From assembly GCF_050920415.1 (NCBI RefSeq), contig NZ_CP169309.1: a DNA stretch of 64,000 nt. One strand, written 5' to 3'. This stretch comes from Escherichia coli (GTDB lineage Bacteria; Pseudomonadota; Gammaproteobacteria; Enterobacterales; Enterobacteriaceae). A program made the translations under genes and the position numbers. This document shows positions 33,757 to 47,943 of the stretch, in pieces. A model generated the notes under the pieces. The model did not search any database and was not told the DNA's origin. It saw only the letters and a list, made by a program, of their open reading frames with translations. Numbering within the stretch: the stretch's first letter is position 1; each line of letters opens with the position of its first letter.

Positions 33757-34085
33757 CAGTTCACCACCTGTTCAAACTCTGCGCTGAACTCAACACGCAG
33801 CATACTGACCCGCGACGACCATTTTGCGCAGGTCACCTTTATCTGCCGCCACTCATAAGGCGGCGTCCACAGAAAGGATTTCCAGCCCCCGTGCTCTTCC
33901 AGAAACGACTCCAGTACCGTGGCCTCCTCACGGGGGACAGAAAGCGTCACGCTGTACGTTTTCAGGTTGGCATTCAGCCCGGCAGGCGCTCGCTGAGAAT
34001 AGCCATCACCAAAGCGCACCTTTCTTACAGAAGGGACCGAAGCCACATCCATACCGGGTTTCACTTTCCAGCGGAAGGTCTTCAT
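33756..34085 (-). CDS. M: Minor tail protein M
   Basis: 109-aa ORF, lambda gpM length and order. Confidence 0.9.
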   Translation of the reverse strand: MKTFRWKVKPGMDVASVPSVRKVRFGDGYSQRAPAGLNANLKTYSVTLSVPREEATVLESFLEEHGGWKSFLWTPPYEWRQIKVTCAKWSSRVSMLRVEFSAEFEQVVN

Positions 34086-36643
34086 CGTCCACCTCCGGAG
34101 AACAGGCCACCATCACGCATCTGTGTCTGAATTTCATCACGGGCACCCTTGCGGGCCATGTCATACACCGCCTTCAGAGCAGCCGGACCTATCTGCCCGT
34201 TCGTGCCGTCGTTGTTAATCACCACATGGTTATTCTGCTCAAACGTCCCGGACGCCTGCGACCGGCTGTCTGCCATGCTGCCCGGTGTACCGACATAACC
34301 GCCGGTGGCATAGCCGCGCATCAGCCGGTAAAGATTCCCCACGCCAATCCGGCTGGTTGCCTCCTTCGTGAAGACAAACTCACCACGGTGAACAATCCCC
34401 GCTGGCTCATATTTGCCGCCGGTTCCCGTAAATCCTCCGGTTGCAAAATGGAATTTCGCCGCAGCGGCCTGAATGGCTGTACCGCCTGACGCGGATGCGC
34501 CGCCACCAACAGCCCCGCCAATGGCGCTGCCGATACTCCCGACAATCCCCACCATTGCCTGCTTAAGCAGAATTTCTGTCATCATGGACAGCACGGAACG
34601 GGTGAAGCTGCGCCAGTTCTGCTCACTGCCGGTCAGCATCGCTGCCATATTCTGTGCAATACCATCAAAGGTCTGCGTGGCTGCACTTTTTACCTGCGAC
34701 ATACTGTCCGTGGCGCTCTCTTCCCACTCACTCCAGCCGGACTTCAGGCCTGCCATCCAGCTCCCGCGAAGCTGGTCTTCAGCCGCCCAGGTCTTTTTCT
34801 GCTCTGACATGACGTTATTCAGCGCCAGCGGATTATCGCCATACTGTTCCTTCAGGCGCTGTTCCGTGGCTTCCCGTTCTGCCGGCCGGTCAGTCAGCCC
34901 CCGGCTTTTCGCATCAATGGCGGCCCGTTTTGCCCGTTGCTGCTGTGCGAATTTATCCGCCTGCTGCGCCAGCGCGTTCAGGCGCTCCTGATACGTAACC
35001 TTGTCGCCAAGTGCAGCCAGCTGGCGTTTGTACTCCAGCGTCTCATCTTTATGCGCCAGCAGGGATTTCTCCTGTGCGGACAGCTGGCGACGTTGTGCCG
35101 CCTCCTCCAGTACCGCGAACTGACTTTCTGCCTTCCACAAATCCCGGCGCTGCTGGCTGATTTTCTCATTTGCTCCGGCATGCTTCTCCAGCGTCCGGAG
35201 TTCTGCCTGAAGCGTCAGCAGGGCAGCATGAGCACTGTCTTCCTGACGATCGCCCGCAGACACCTTCACGCCGGACTGTTTCGGCTTTTTCAGCGTCGCT
35301 TCATAATCCTTTTTCGCCGCCGCCATCAGCGTGTTGTAATCCGCCTGCAGGATTTTCCCGTCTTTCAGTGCCTTGTTCAGTTCTTCCTGACGGGCGGTAT
35401 ATTTCTCCAGCGGCGTCTGCAGCCGTTCGTAAGCCTTCTGCGCCTCTTCGGTATATTTCAGCCGTGACGCTTCGGTATCGCTCTGCTGCTGCGCATTTTT
35501 GTCCTGTTGAGTCTGCTGCTCAGCCTTCTTTCGGGCGGCTTCAAGCGCAAGACGGGCCTTTTCACGATCATCCCAGTAACGCGCCCGCGCTTCATCGTTA
35601 ACAAAATAATCATCCTTGCGCAGATTCCAGATGTCGTCTGCTTTCTTAAACGCAGCCTCTGCCTTAATCAGCATCTCCTGCGCGGTATCAGGACGACCAA
35701 TATCCAGCACCGCATCCCACATGGATTTGAAGGCCCGCGCAGTCCTGTCTGCCCAGGTCTCCAGCGTGCCCATGTTCTCTTTCAGGCGGCGGGTCTGGTC
35801 ATCAAACCCTTTCGTTGCGGCCTCGTTCGCCGCCTGCAATGCCCCGGCTTCATCGCCGGAACGCTGCAACTGAGCAACATACGCAATCTGCTCCGCCGTC
35901 ACGTTATGGAACTGGCGTGCCATCGCCGTCAGCCCCGACGTCGGGTCTGTGGTCAGCTTCCCGAAGGCTTCAGCGACCTTGTCCACCTCCACGCCGGATG
36001 CAGAGGAGAAACGCGCCACACTCTGGCTGATGGACGCAATCTGAGCCTCACCGCTTACCCCCGCCTTAACCAGTGCGCTGAGTGACTCGCTGGTCTGGTT
36101 AAACGTCAGCCCTGCCGCCTGCCCGGCTCTGGACAGGACCAGCATGCGATCTGCCGTCAGACCCGACTGATTGCCGGAAAGGACCAGCGTTTTGTTGAAA
36201 TCGGACAGGGTTGAGTTGCCCTGATACCAGGCATACGCCAGCGCACCGGTCGCCACCGCCAGCGAGGTGGCCCCCACCATCGGCAGGGTGATCGCACCGG
36301 CAAGCCCCCTGAACATGGGGATCATCCCGCCGAAGGAGTCCTTCACCTGCCCCCCCTGTTGCAGCAGGATCAGCCACGGACTTTGCCCGCCTGCAAGCTG
36401 CGTGGCCACGTCGGTGAACTGTGCAGGCAGCATACGCATGGCGGCTTTATACTGCCCGACGGAAATCCCCGCTTTCTGTGCAGCCAGCGCCTGTCGGCTC
36501 AGCGACTGTTCAACGACTGCCGCTGTTTTTTTCGCATCACTTTCCGTACCGGAAAAATGACGCCTGACTCTGGCCATCTGCTCGTCAAATCTGGCCGCAT
36601 CCAGACTTAAATCAACGACCAGATCGCCTACCGGTTCAGCCAT
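34082..36643 (-). CDS. H: Tail tape measure protein H
   Basis: 853-aa ORF (lambda gpH length), coiled-coil rich, Gly-rich C-terminal region. Confidence 0.93.
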   Translation of the reverse strand: MAEPVGDLVVDLSLDAARFDEQMARVRRHFSGTESDAKKTAAVVEQSLSRQALAAQKAGISVGQYKAAMRMLPAQFTDVATQLAGGQSPWLILLQQGGQVKDSFGGMIPMFRGLAGAITLPMVGATSLAVATGALAYAWYQGNSTLSDFNKTLVLSGNQSGLTADRMLVLSRAGQAAGLTFNQTSESLSALVKAGVSGEAQIASISQSVARFSSASGVEVDKVAEAFGKLTTDPTSGLTAMARQFHNVTAEQIAYVAQLQRSGDEAGALQAANEAATKGFDDQTRRLKENMGTLETWADRTARAFKSMWDAVLDIGRPDTAQEMLIKAEAAFKKADDIWNLRKDDYFVNDEARARYWDDREKARLALEAARKKAEQQTQQDKNAQQQSDTEASRLKYTEEAQKAYERLQTPLEKYTARQEELNKALKDGKILQADYNTLMAAAKKDYEATLKKPKQSGVKVSAGDRQEDSAHAALLTLQAELRTLEKHAGANEKISQQRRDLWKAESQFAVLEEAAQRRQLSAQEKSLLAHKDETLEYKRQLAALGDKVTYQERLNALAQQADKFAQQQRAKRAAIDAKSRGLTDRPAEREATEQRLKEQYGDNPLALNNVMSEQKKTWAAEDQLRGSWMAGLKSGWSEWEESATDSMSQVKSAATQTFDGIAQNMAAMLTGSEQNWRSFTRSVLSMMTEILLKQAMVGIVGSIGSAIGGAVGGGASASGGTAIQAAAAKFHFATGGFTGTGGKYEPAGIVHRGEFVFTKEATSRIGVGNLYRLMRGYATGGYVGTPGSMADSRSQASGTFEQNNHVVINNDGTNGQIGPAALKAVYDMARKGARDEIQTQMRDGGLFSGGGR

Positions 36644-36685
36644 ACCGGACTCCTCCTGCGATCCCTTCTGATACTGTCATCAGCA

Positions 36686-37066
36686 TTACGTCATCTCCGT
36701 CATGTCCGCCACATCCGGGGAAGCGGGGATAACTTCATTCCCGTCCGGGCCAAAGCGGACACCTCCGGCAAGCCCTGCCGCTTTCTGCATCAGCACATCA
36801 TCTTCAGGCTCTTCGTCAGCCTCGCGCCGGTTCAGCAGACTGAAATCCAGCGGATGCATATCCGGATCGCTGAAAAACAGGCTGAGCACGGTGTACGTCA
36901 GCCCGGAAAAGTGCATATCCAGCAGAACATCATGAAAATAATGGGTACTGTAAAAGCGGTGCCAGTCGGCATACTCCGTGGATGACATCCCGGCAAGCAT
37001 GGCACGCCAGTCAGGTCGCCCCATCTCACGCGCCAGTTTCAGGGCAAAACTCAGCTCACCGTCGAA
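36686..37066 (-). CDS. T: Tail assembly chaperone T frame (normally made only as a G-T fusion by -1 frameshift)
   Basis: Open frame matching lambda T (FDGELSFALKLAREMGRPDWRAMLAG...), no independent start; frame relationship to G is abnormal here (see findings). Confidence 0.7.
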   Translation of the reverse strand, partial: FDGELSFALKLAREMGRPDWRAMLAGMSSTEYADWHRFYSTHYFHDVLLDMHFSGLTYTVLSLFFSDPDMHPLDFSLLNRREADEEPEDDVLMQKAAGLAGGVRFGPDGNEVIPASPDVADMTEMT

Positions 37067-37472
37067 CACTTTCCCGCAGAAACAGGCTCTGCGGGCCCGG
37101 CGTCCTCTGTCTGTTCAGGGCATTATTCACCACAAACTCATACATACCAGACAGCCGGTACACCACGTTTTCAGCATGAGAAATTGCCTCCGTGGGCCAG
37201 GTGGTAAGCACTTCCTGCTCAATCTGTTTAACGGCTTCATTCATGGACGGCAGCTTTGTCTTCTGCGGATGGTTATGCCACAGGGACATCGCCACCAGAA
37301 ACGCGCCGGTTCTGATGGCGTCTTCCACAGTAAACTTCCGGTTGCTGTCTGACTCCGCCTGTTCTGCCTGCCGTTTCATCAGGGCGAGATGCTCAATGCG
37401 CTGCAGGGCTGACAGTTCAGAAAGCGTGACGGTCACACCGTTATGTTCAAATGATTCGGTTTTCAGGAACAT
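37056..37472 (-). CDS. G: Tail assembly chaperone G (C-terminus altered by a 1-nt deletion)
   Basis: 138-aa ORF matching lambda G up to ...EFVVNNA, then a divergent 21-aa tail ending in a different frame; slippery GGGAAAG is present but out of phase. Confidence 0.85.
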   Translation of the reverse strand: MFLKTESFEHNGVTVTLSELSALQRIEHLALMKRQAEQAESDSNRKFTVEDAIRTGAFLVAMSLWHNHPQKTKLPSMNEAVKQIEQEVLTTWPTEAISHAENVVYRLSGMYEFVVNNALNRQRTPGPQSLFLRESVRR

Positions 37473-37487
37473 CGCTGACTCTCCGGA

Positions 37488-37739
37488 TTAACTGTCGGTG
37501 ACAGTGATTTCTGCAACCGCAGCAAGTTCACCATTACCGGATAAAACCGGAATGTTGACCTTACCTGCAGCAACGCCTTTCACGGTGATGGTCATACCAC
37601 TGACCGACACGGTGGCTTTTGTTTTATCCGCTGACACCGCACGGAAGCTCTTGTCAGTTGCGCCCTCCGGCTGGAATGCCACGGTCAGCGTGGTGCTCTG
37701 CCCTTTCACCACCGAGGAGCTGGCAGGCGTCACGGTCAT
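37488..37739 (-). pseudogene. V: Major tail protein V, C-terminal Ig-like domain fragment (out of frame with the N-terminal part)
   Basis: 83-aa ORF matching lambda V C-terminus ([24 protein letters not shown]...). Confidence 0.75.
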
Positions 37740-37753
37740 ACCGGTTGCCGCTG

Positions 37754-38227
37754 TTACCGTGCTGCGATTTCTGCCATTGACGGACGGCCCACATTGGTGA
37801 CCTTCACCGTACGGGTGATCACTTCCTTCGCCGTCACCGCCTTACCGATACTGCTGACCCAGCCACGGAACACATCGACCGTGCCGTTCGGGAAGCGGAT
37901 TTTATAGGCACGGGTATCACCTTCATTAAACCACGCCAGCAGCGCCTGCTGCCCCTGCTCTCCGGGCATCCACGCCAGCGTGAAGCTGGTATCTCCGGCG
38001 GATTTCTGCCCCTGCCCGGTCGCGGTCCAGTCCGCATCTTCATCATCGAGATAACTGTCGTCATAGGACTCAGCGGTCAGTTCGCCGGGCGTCAGGTCTT
38101 TAACTTTAGCCAGACGCGACCAGTCAACGTCTGAAAGCGGGTTCGCATAAGGGTCGCCGCTCCCGTTATAAACCCACAGGGTGGTCCCGGCACCTTTCAC
38201 CGGTATTGCTGGATTTGGTACAGGCAT
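37754..38227 (-). CDS. V: Major tail protein V, N-terminal tube domain (truncated by frameshift)
   Basis: Matches lambda V from MPVPNP... to ...GRPSMAE, then leaves frame and stops after 4 codons. Confidence 0.85.
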   Translation of the reverse strand: MPVPNPAIPVKGAGTTLWVYNGSGDPYANPLSDVDWSRLAKVKDLTPGELTAESYDDSYLDDEDADWTATGQGQKSAGDTSFTLAWMPGEQGQQALLAWFNEGDTRAYKIRFPNGTVDVFRGWVSSIGKAVTAKEVITRTVKVTNVGRPSMAEIAAR

Positions 38228-38234
38228 ATCGTCC

Positions 38235-38630
38235 TCACATTTCATAGGTAATGACATAAGTCAGATCGGCAGAACTCCACAGGCCCGCATCATCGTCGCG
38301 CCGGTAGTCATAGCCACTGGCCACCATACTGGTGATCAAATCTGACAGTGCCGGGATATCGCTCATCACCGGATAAATCCGGGACTCCATCCACGCATCC
38401 AGCTCTGAATCCGGCACCTGAGCAGGCAGGAAAACTTCGATATGCAGTTCCGCCTGCCAGGTATCGCTGTCCAGCTCTTCGCCCGTGTATTCAGCGCCGG
38501 TGAGATAAACGGCAACTGCCGGAAAATCCGCCTCATCAAAAACAGCGGGGCGACCATCAAAAAACGTCGCCCCGGTGTCATGCTTCTCCAGTGCATCCAG
38601 TACGGCTGCACGGAGTTCAGTATGTTTCAT
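38235..38630 (-). CDS. U: Tail terminator protein U
   Basis: 131-aa ORF matching lambda gpU ([26 protein letters not shown]...). Confidence 0.95.
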   Translation of the reverse strand: MKHTELRAAVLDALEKHDTGATFFDGRPAVFDEADFPAVAVYLTGAEYTGEELDSDTWQAELHIEVFLPAQVPDSELDAWMESRIYPVMSDIPALSDLITSMVASGYDYRRDDDAGLWSSADLTYVITYEM

Positions 38631-39205
38631 CGCTTTATTACCATCCTCAGTTGATGCTGCAGCGCATAGCCCAGCTCTTTCGGAAGACGCTCACGCCGTA
38701 TCCGCTCAATATTCTGTTTAAACGCCGTGGTCAGCGGCACCGCCATCGGGATTTTCACCACATCAATGGGGTAACGGTTTTTCCCGGCCACACGCTGCAT
38801 GACATGCCAGCGGCCATTTTTCAGTTGCTGAATAAACGCGCCGGGAATACGACGGTTTCCCACCACAAGCACGCTGCCGCCACCTTTCAGGGCTGAACGC
38901 TGCCCCTTTTTACGACGCCTGCGTCGGGACAGGACAATCCGCGCGTTACCCAGCTTTATTACGGGCAAATCCCCCCGGTTAACCTTGATTCTGGCCTGCG
39001 GATTTTTGACCGTGGCCCTTTTCAGCCTGGCCCTTTCCTTTACCAGTTTCCGGCGTACCTTTGTCTCACGGGCAACCTGTGACGCCGACTGCGATATCGC
39101 GGATGAAGCAACGCGGTTAATGGCCATTGCGGCAGCACCGGGCACCGCCGTTCTGCTGATACGGCTGAGGTTTTCAACGGCCTGCTCAAGACCTTTTATG
39201 GCCAT
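38627..39205 (-). CDS. Z: Tail completion protein Z
   Basis: 192-aa ORF matching lambda gpZ. Confidence 0.95.
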   Translation of the reverse strand: MAIKGLEQAVENLSRISRTAVPGAAAMAINRVASSAISQSASQVARETKVRRKLVKERARLKRATVKNPQARIKVNRGDLPVIKLGNARIVLSRRRRRKKGQRSALKGGGSVLVVGNRRIPGAFIQQLKNGRWHVMQRVAGKNRYPIDVVKIPMAVPLTTAFKQNIERIRRERLPKELGYALQHQLRMVIKR

Positions 39206-39216
39206 ACATCCCCCTT

Positions 39217-39570
39217 TCAGCGGCGACGGTTAACGGCAGGCGGTACGCCCCGCCCAAGCCAGAGATGACAGCTTCCGCCATCATCCGGCGAAATCCGGTC
39301 TATCCAGAAGTTTTCCTCACCGATGGTCAGCGTGTCGCCGCGCCGCAGCTGCCGCACATCATCAGTCCGGACAAACATGGACGGGCTGGAGCCTTCAACG
39401 CGCACGCCCGGTCCGGCATAGCTGATATTTTCAGGGTCATCAAAAACACCACGTATCACAGCACCGGACTGCTCACCGGATGTCATGGTGGCTGACGTTC
39501 CCATGTACCCGCGTATCGTTTCATCGGCGCGGGCAATGGCAGCATCGAACAGGTTATCGAAATCAGCCAC
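39217..39570 (-). CDS. FII: Head-tail connector protein FII
   Basis: 117-aa ORF matching lambda gpFII (MADFDNLFDAAIARADETIRGYMG...). Confidence 0.95.
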   Translation of the reverse strand: MADFDNLFDAAIARADETIRGYMGTSATMTSGEQSGAVIRGVFDDPENISYAGPGVRVEGSSPSMFVRTDDVRQLRRGDTLTIGEENFWIDRISPDDGGSCHLWLGRGVPPAVNRRR

Positions 39571-39581
39571 AGCGCCTCCCG

Positions 39582-39977
39582 TTATTGCATTCTGGCCAGG
39601 CCGCGCTCTGTCATTTCGGCTGCCACACCGGCAGAGACACGGAACGCCGTTCCCGGCAGCACAAATGCCACAGGTTCATCCCGCGTGGCGTGAAGTGCAT
39701 CAGTATGCAGCGTCACCAGTGCCACAACCGTGACCAGATCAGCCGTATCAGTCACGGTATCCGGCTGCGCTGATACCACCTCATTTTCATGTCCGGTCAG
39801 CGCATTTTCCGGGCTGACAGATGTGTCCTGACCGGCAGCGTCATCCGTGTCATCAAGCTCCTCTTCCAGCTCTGCCACACGGAGCGCCAGTTCTTCTTTC
39901 GTCCCCGTCAGGCTGACATCACGGTTCAGTTGTTCACCCAGCGAGCGGAGACGGGCAATCAGTTCATCTTTCGTCAT
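39582..39977 (-). CDS. FI: DNA packaging protein FI
   Basis: Start chosen at MTKDELIARLRSLGEQLNRD as in lambda gpFI; ORF track gives a longer frame from 40016. Confidence 0.9.
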   Translation of the reverse strand: MTKDELIARLRSLGEQLNRDVSLTGTKEELALRVAELEEELDDTDDAAGQDTSVSPENALTGHENEVVSAQPDTVTDTADLVTVVALVTLHTDALHATRDEPVAFVLPGTAFRVSAGVAAEMTERGLARMQ

Positions 39978-40018
39978 GGACTCCTCCACAGAGAGAAAAT
40001 GGCCCCGAAGGGCCATGA

Positions 40019-41044
40019 TTACGCCAGTTGTACGGACACGAACTCATCAGGGTCAGCCAGCAGCATCAGCGGTGCTGACTGAATCATGGTGAACTCACGC
40101 GCCGGATCGCCGGTGGTCACCCAGTTTTTCGGGTAACGGGCAGAGGCGTTAATGCCTTCGCGCTGTGCGTCCGCATCCTGAATGCAGCCATAGGTGCGCA
40201 GACCGCGTGCCTGAGTGTTACCCAGCACCATCGTGTTGTCCGGCAGGAAGTTCTTTTTGACGCCGTTTTCCACGTACTGTCCGGAATACACGACGATGGC
40301 CACATCGCCATACATCCCCTTATAGGACACCGCTTTGCCCAGGTCTTTCACCGCTGTCTCCAGCTCGGAATTAGAGCCACGACGGGTATCCAGCTTCTCC
40401 CTGACGGCTTTGAAGGAACGGAACAGCGCCCAGCCTTTCGGATCGAACACGATGATATTCACCACACCGCTGGCGTTCAGCGCGTAGGCTTCGATATCGT
40501 CGGTCGGGTCATACGTGGACTTGTCACGCTTGCTCCACTCCGTGCCGCCGGACTGCGTGATGTTATTCTCCTCACTGCGGCCCATATCCACCTCAACCGG
40601 ATCGAAGGCTTCACCGGTCATGGTGTATTTGCCCTTAAGCACGGCAGAAACTGCCTGCATCTCTTCGACCTGAGCAATGGCCAGCTCTTCGTCACGCATG
40701 TTCTGCATGATGATGCGACGGCGGCGGTAAGCCGGGTCCGCCAGATTCTGCGGATCTTCATCCGGCAGGCGACGCAGGGTCATCTGCGGATTCACTTCAT
40801 GCTTCGGCTTGACATATCCCGGCGTAAATTCAGAGGTGGAGCCGCCACGGGAACGGATAACCTCACCGGAAACAATCGGCGAAACGTACAGCGCCATGTT
40901 TACCAGTCCCGGAATTTGTGAGAGATAGACTTTCTCCGTGGTGAAGGGATAGCTCTCACGGAAAAAGAGACGCAGAAACAGCGGATCAAACTTAAATTTC
41001 TGCTCATTTGCCGCCAGCAGTTGGGCGGTTGTGTACATCGACAT
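40019..41044 (-). CDS. E: Major capsid protein E
   Basis: 341-aa ORF matching lambda gpE (MSMYTTAQLLAANEQKFKFDPLFLRLFF...). Confidence 0.97.
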   Translation of the reverse strand: MSMYTTAQLLAANEQKFKFDPLFLRLFFRESYPFTTEKVYLSQIPGLVNMALYVSPIVSGEVIRSRGGSTSEFTPGYVKPKHEVNPQMTLRRLPDEDPQNLADPAYRRRRIIMQNMRDEELAIAQVEEMQAVSAVLKGKYTMTGEAFDPVEVDMGRSEENNITQSGGTEWSKRDKSTYDPTDDIEAYALNASGVVNIIVFDPKGWALFRSFKAVREKLDTRRGSNSELETAVKDLGKAVSYKGMYGDVAIVVYSGQYVENGVKKNFLPDNTMVLGNTQARGLRTYGCIQDADAQREGINASARYPKNWVTTGDPAREFTMIQSAPLMLLADPDEFVSVQLA

Positions 41045-41100
41045 AAAAAAATCCCGTAAAAAAAAGCCGCACAGGCGGCCTTTAGTGATGAAGGGTAAAG

Positions 41101-41433
41101 TTAAACGATGCTGATTGCCGTTCCGGCAAACGCGGTCCGTTTTTTCGTCTCGTCGCTGGCAGCCTCCGGCCAGAGCACATCCTCATAACGGAACGTGCCG
41201 GACTTGTAGAACGTCAGCGTGGTGCTGGTCTGGTCAGCAGCAACCGCAAGAATGCCAACGGCAGCACCGTCGGTGGTGCCATCCCACGCAACCAGCTTAC
41301 GGCTGGAGGTGTCCAGCATCAGCGGGGTCATTGCAGGCGCTTTCGCACTCAATCCGCCGGGCGCGGTTGCGGTATGAGCCGGGTCACTGTTGCCCAGCGG
41401 CTGGTAATGGGTAAAGGTTTCTTTGCTCGTCAT
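41101..41433 (-). CDS. D: Capsid decoration protein D
   Basis: Matches lambda gpD from [12 protein letters not shown]...; 110 aa. Confidence 0.95.
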   Translation of the reverse strand: MTSKETFTHYQPLGNSDPAHTATAPGGLSAKAPAMTPLMLDTSSRKLVAWDGTTDGAAVGILAVAADQTSTTLTFYKSGTFRYEDVLWPEAASDETKKRTAFAGTAISIV

Positions 41434-41442
41434 AAACATCCC

Positions 41443-42742
41443 TTACACTGGTGTGTTCAGCAAATCGTTAACGGCATCAGATGCCGGGTTACCTGCAGCC
41501 AGCGGTGCCGGTGCCCCCTGCATCAGACGATCCAGCGCAGTGTCACTGCGCGCCTGTGCACTCTGTGGTGCTGCGGCCAGAATGCGGCGGGCCGTTTCCA
41601 CGGTCATACCGGGGGTTTCTGCCAGCACGCGTGCCTGTTCTTCGCGTCCGTGAGCCTCCTCACAGTTGAGGATCCCCATAATGCGACTGTTTTCTGCCGC
41701 AACCGCTGCGGTGATCTGCGCGTTCACGTCCGGCTGCGCCGCGCTGGCGTTTTCGCCCTCCGTCGCTGGCACCACGTCAGTAACGTCAGCCTGCGAAGCA
41801 GTGGCTGAAACAGTTGTTGATTGAGTCTCTTTGGTCATTCGCCCTCCTGAGAGACGGGATTTACGTGCATCCAGTGCATCACGCATGACGGTGATCGCAT
41901 CGGTGCTGTTAACAAGTTCATCAGCCAGTCCGGCATCAATGGCCTCCTGACCGCTGTACACTGCAGCCTCGGTATCCAGCACAGCCTGCACGGACAGGCC
42001 GGTATATGCCGACACCTTCTGCGCAAACATCTGGCGGGTTGCGTCCATCCGGGACTGCAGTGTCTCCCGGACGTCATCCGGAAGATGGCTGTAGGGGTTG
42101 CCATCCACCTTATGGCTGCCGCTGTAAATCAGCGTGATTTCCACACCCTGTTTCTCCAGCGCAGCACCGTAATTACTGTGAGCCATCATGACGCCGATGG
42201 AGCCTGTCCGGGCGGTCTGCGTGACCAGACGCCGGGAGGCGGCACTGGCAAGCAGCTGACCTGCACTGCAGTTCATGTCGTTGGCCAGCGCCCATACCGG
42301 TTTTATGTCACGCACACGGGCGATGATGTCAGCGCAGTCAAATGCCCCCGCCACCATCCCGCCGGGCGTGTCCATATCGAGCAGAATGCCGTCCACCATC
42401 GGATCGCTGGCAGCCTGTTGCAGACGGGCGATAATGCCGTTGTAACCGGTCATCCCCGAATACGGCTGCAGCGCCCGCGTCCGGCTGACCAGCGTGCCGG
42501 AAACCGGCAGCACGGCGATGCCGTTCATGACCTGATAACTGCGGGCCTGTCGTGGTCCGTCATCATCACCGGATAACGCCAGCGTCGCGGGTGTCTCCGG
42601 GGCAGTCAGGCTGTCACCGGACACCGCATCTGTCAGGCGGCTGATCCCAAGCTGGCCTGCAAGCGCACAAAAGAAAACCCGCGCATAGGCGGGTTCAAGC
42701 ATCAGCGGCTCATTAAAGGCCATACTGGCAATATGCGGGAGA

Positions 42743-42762
<20 letters not shown>
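41443..42762 (-). CDS. C: Capsid assembly protease C (with nested scaffold Nu3 frame)
   Basis: Matches lambda gpC; start taken at the GTG corresponding to lambda MTAELRNLPHIASMAFNEP (439 aa), overlapping the end of B. Confidence 0.92.
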
Positions 42763-46443
<3,681 letters not shown>

Positions 46444-46469
<26 letters not shown>

Positions 46470-46989
46470 TCAGCAACCCCGGTATCAGTTCATCCAGCGC
46501 GGCTGCTTTGTTCATGGCTTTGATGATATCCCGTTTCAGGAAATCAACATGTCGGTTTTCCAGTTCCGGAAAACGCCGCTGCACCGACAGGGGGATCCCG
46601 TCGAGAATACTGGCAATTTCACCTGCGATCCGCGACAGCACGAAAGTACAGAATGCGGTTTCCACCACTTCAGCGGAGTCTCTGGCATTTTTCAGCTCCT
46701 GTGCGTCGGCCTGCGCACGCGTAAGTCGATGGCGTTCGTACTCAATAGTCCCTGGCTGGAGATCTGTCTCGCTGGCCTGCCGCAGTTCTTCAACTTCCCG
46801 GCGCAGCTTTTCGTTCTCAATTTCAGCATCCCTTTCGGCATACCATTTTATGACGGCGGCAGAATCATAAAGCACCTCATTACCCTTGCCACCGCCTCGC
46901 AGAACGGGCATTCCCTGCTCCTGCCAGTTCTGAATGGTACGGATACTCGCACCGAAAATATCAGCCAGCTGCTTTTTGTTGACTTCCAT
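46444..46989 (-). CDS. Nu1: Terminase small subunit Nu1
   Basis: 181-aa ORF essentially identical to lambda Nu1 (MEVNKKQLADIFGASIRTIQNWQEQGMPVLRGGGKGNEVLYD...). Confidence 0.97.
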
Positions 46990-47166
46990 TGTTCATTCCA
47001 CGGACAAAAACAGAGAAAGGAAACGACAGAGGCCAAAAAGCTCGCTTTCAGCACCTGTCGTTTCCTTTCTTTTCAGAGGGTATTTTAAATAAAAACATTA
47101 AGTTATGACGAAGAAGAACGGAAACGCCTTAAACCGGAAAATTTTCATAAATAGCGAAACCCCGCG

Positions 47167-47178
47167 AGGTCGCCGCCC
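47167..47178. other. cos site cohesive-end sequence (cosN; GGGCGGCGACCT on the minus strand)
   Basis: Plus-strand AGGTCGCCGCCC is the reverse complement of the lambda 12-nt cohesive end; flanking sequence matches both lambda genome ends. Confidence 0.8.
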
Positions 47179-47377
47179 CGTAACCTGTCGGATCGCCGGA
47201 AAGGACCCGCAAAATGATAATAATTATCATCTACATGTCACAACGTGCATCTACGCCATCAAACCACGTCAAATAATCAATTATGACGCAGGTATCGTAT
47301 TAATTGATCCGCATCAACTTAACGTAAAAACAACTTCAGACAATACAAATCAGCGACACTGAATACGGGGCAACCTC

Positions 47378-47572
47378 ATGTCAACGAAGAACAGAACCCG
47401 CAGAACAACAACCCGCAACATCCGCTTTCCTAACCAAATGATTGAACAAATTAACATCGCTCTTGATCAAAAAGGGTCCGGGAATTTCTCAGCCTGGGTC
47501 ATTGAAGCCTGCCGTCGGAGGCTAACGTCAGAAAAGAGAGCATATACATCAATTAAAAGTGATGAAGAATGA
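47378..47572 (+). CDS. Small ribbon-helix-helix-like protein (ylcI-like)
   Basis: 64-aa ORF; IRFPNQMIEQINIALDQKGSGNFSAWVIEACRRRL resembles an Arc/MetJ/CopG RHH fold; same position as an unnamed lambda right-end ORF. Confidence 0.55.
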   Translation: MSTKNRTRRTTTRNIRFPNQMIEQINIALDQKGSGNFSAWVIEACRRRLTSEKRAYTSIKSDEE

Positions 47573-47736
47573 ACATCCCGCGTTCTTCCCTCCGAACAGG
47601 ACGATATTGTAAATTCACTTAATTACGAGGGCATTGCAGTAATTGAGTTGCAGTTTTACCACTTTCCTGACAGTGACAGACTGCGTGTTGGCTCTGTCAC
47701 AGGTTAAGTAGTTTGAATGATTAGCAGTTATGGTGA

Positions 47737-47943
47737 TCAGTCAACCACCAGGGAATAATCCTTCATATTATTATCGTGCTTCACCAACGCTGCCTCAATT
47801 GCCCTGAATGCTTCCAGAGACACCTTATGTTCTATACATGCAATTACAACATCAGGGTAACTCATAGAAATGGTGCTATTAAGCATATTTTTTACACGAA
47901 TCAGATCCACGGAGGGATCATCAGCAGATTGTTCTTTATTCAT
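47737..47943 (-). CDS. Small hypothetical protein (ybcW-like, 68 aa)
   Basis: 68-aa ORF at lambda right end; same size and position as DLP12 ybcW. Confidence 0.5.

Noticed and set aside
34473-36560. Several plus-strand ORFs of 97-192 aa inside the tape-measure gene H
   Set aside because: Antisense to the 853-aa lambda-H-length frame; no independent support.
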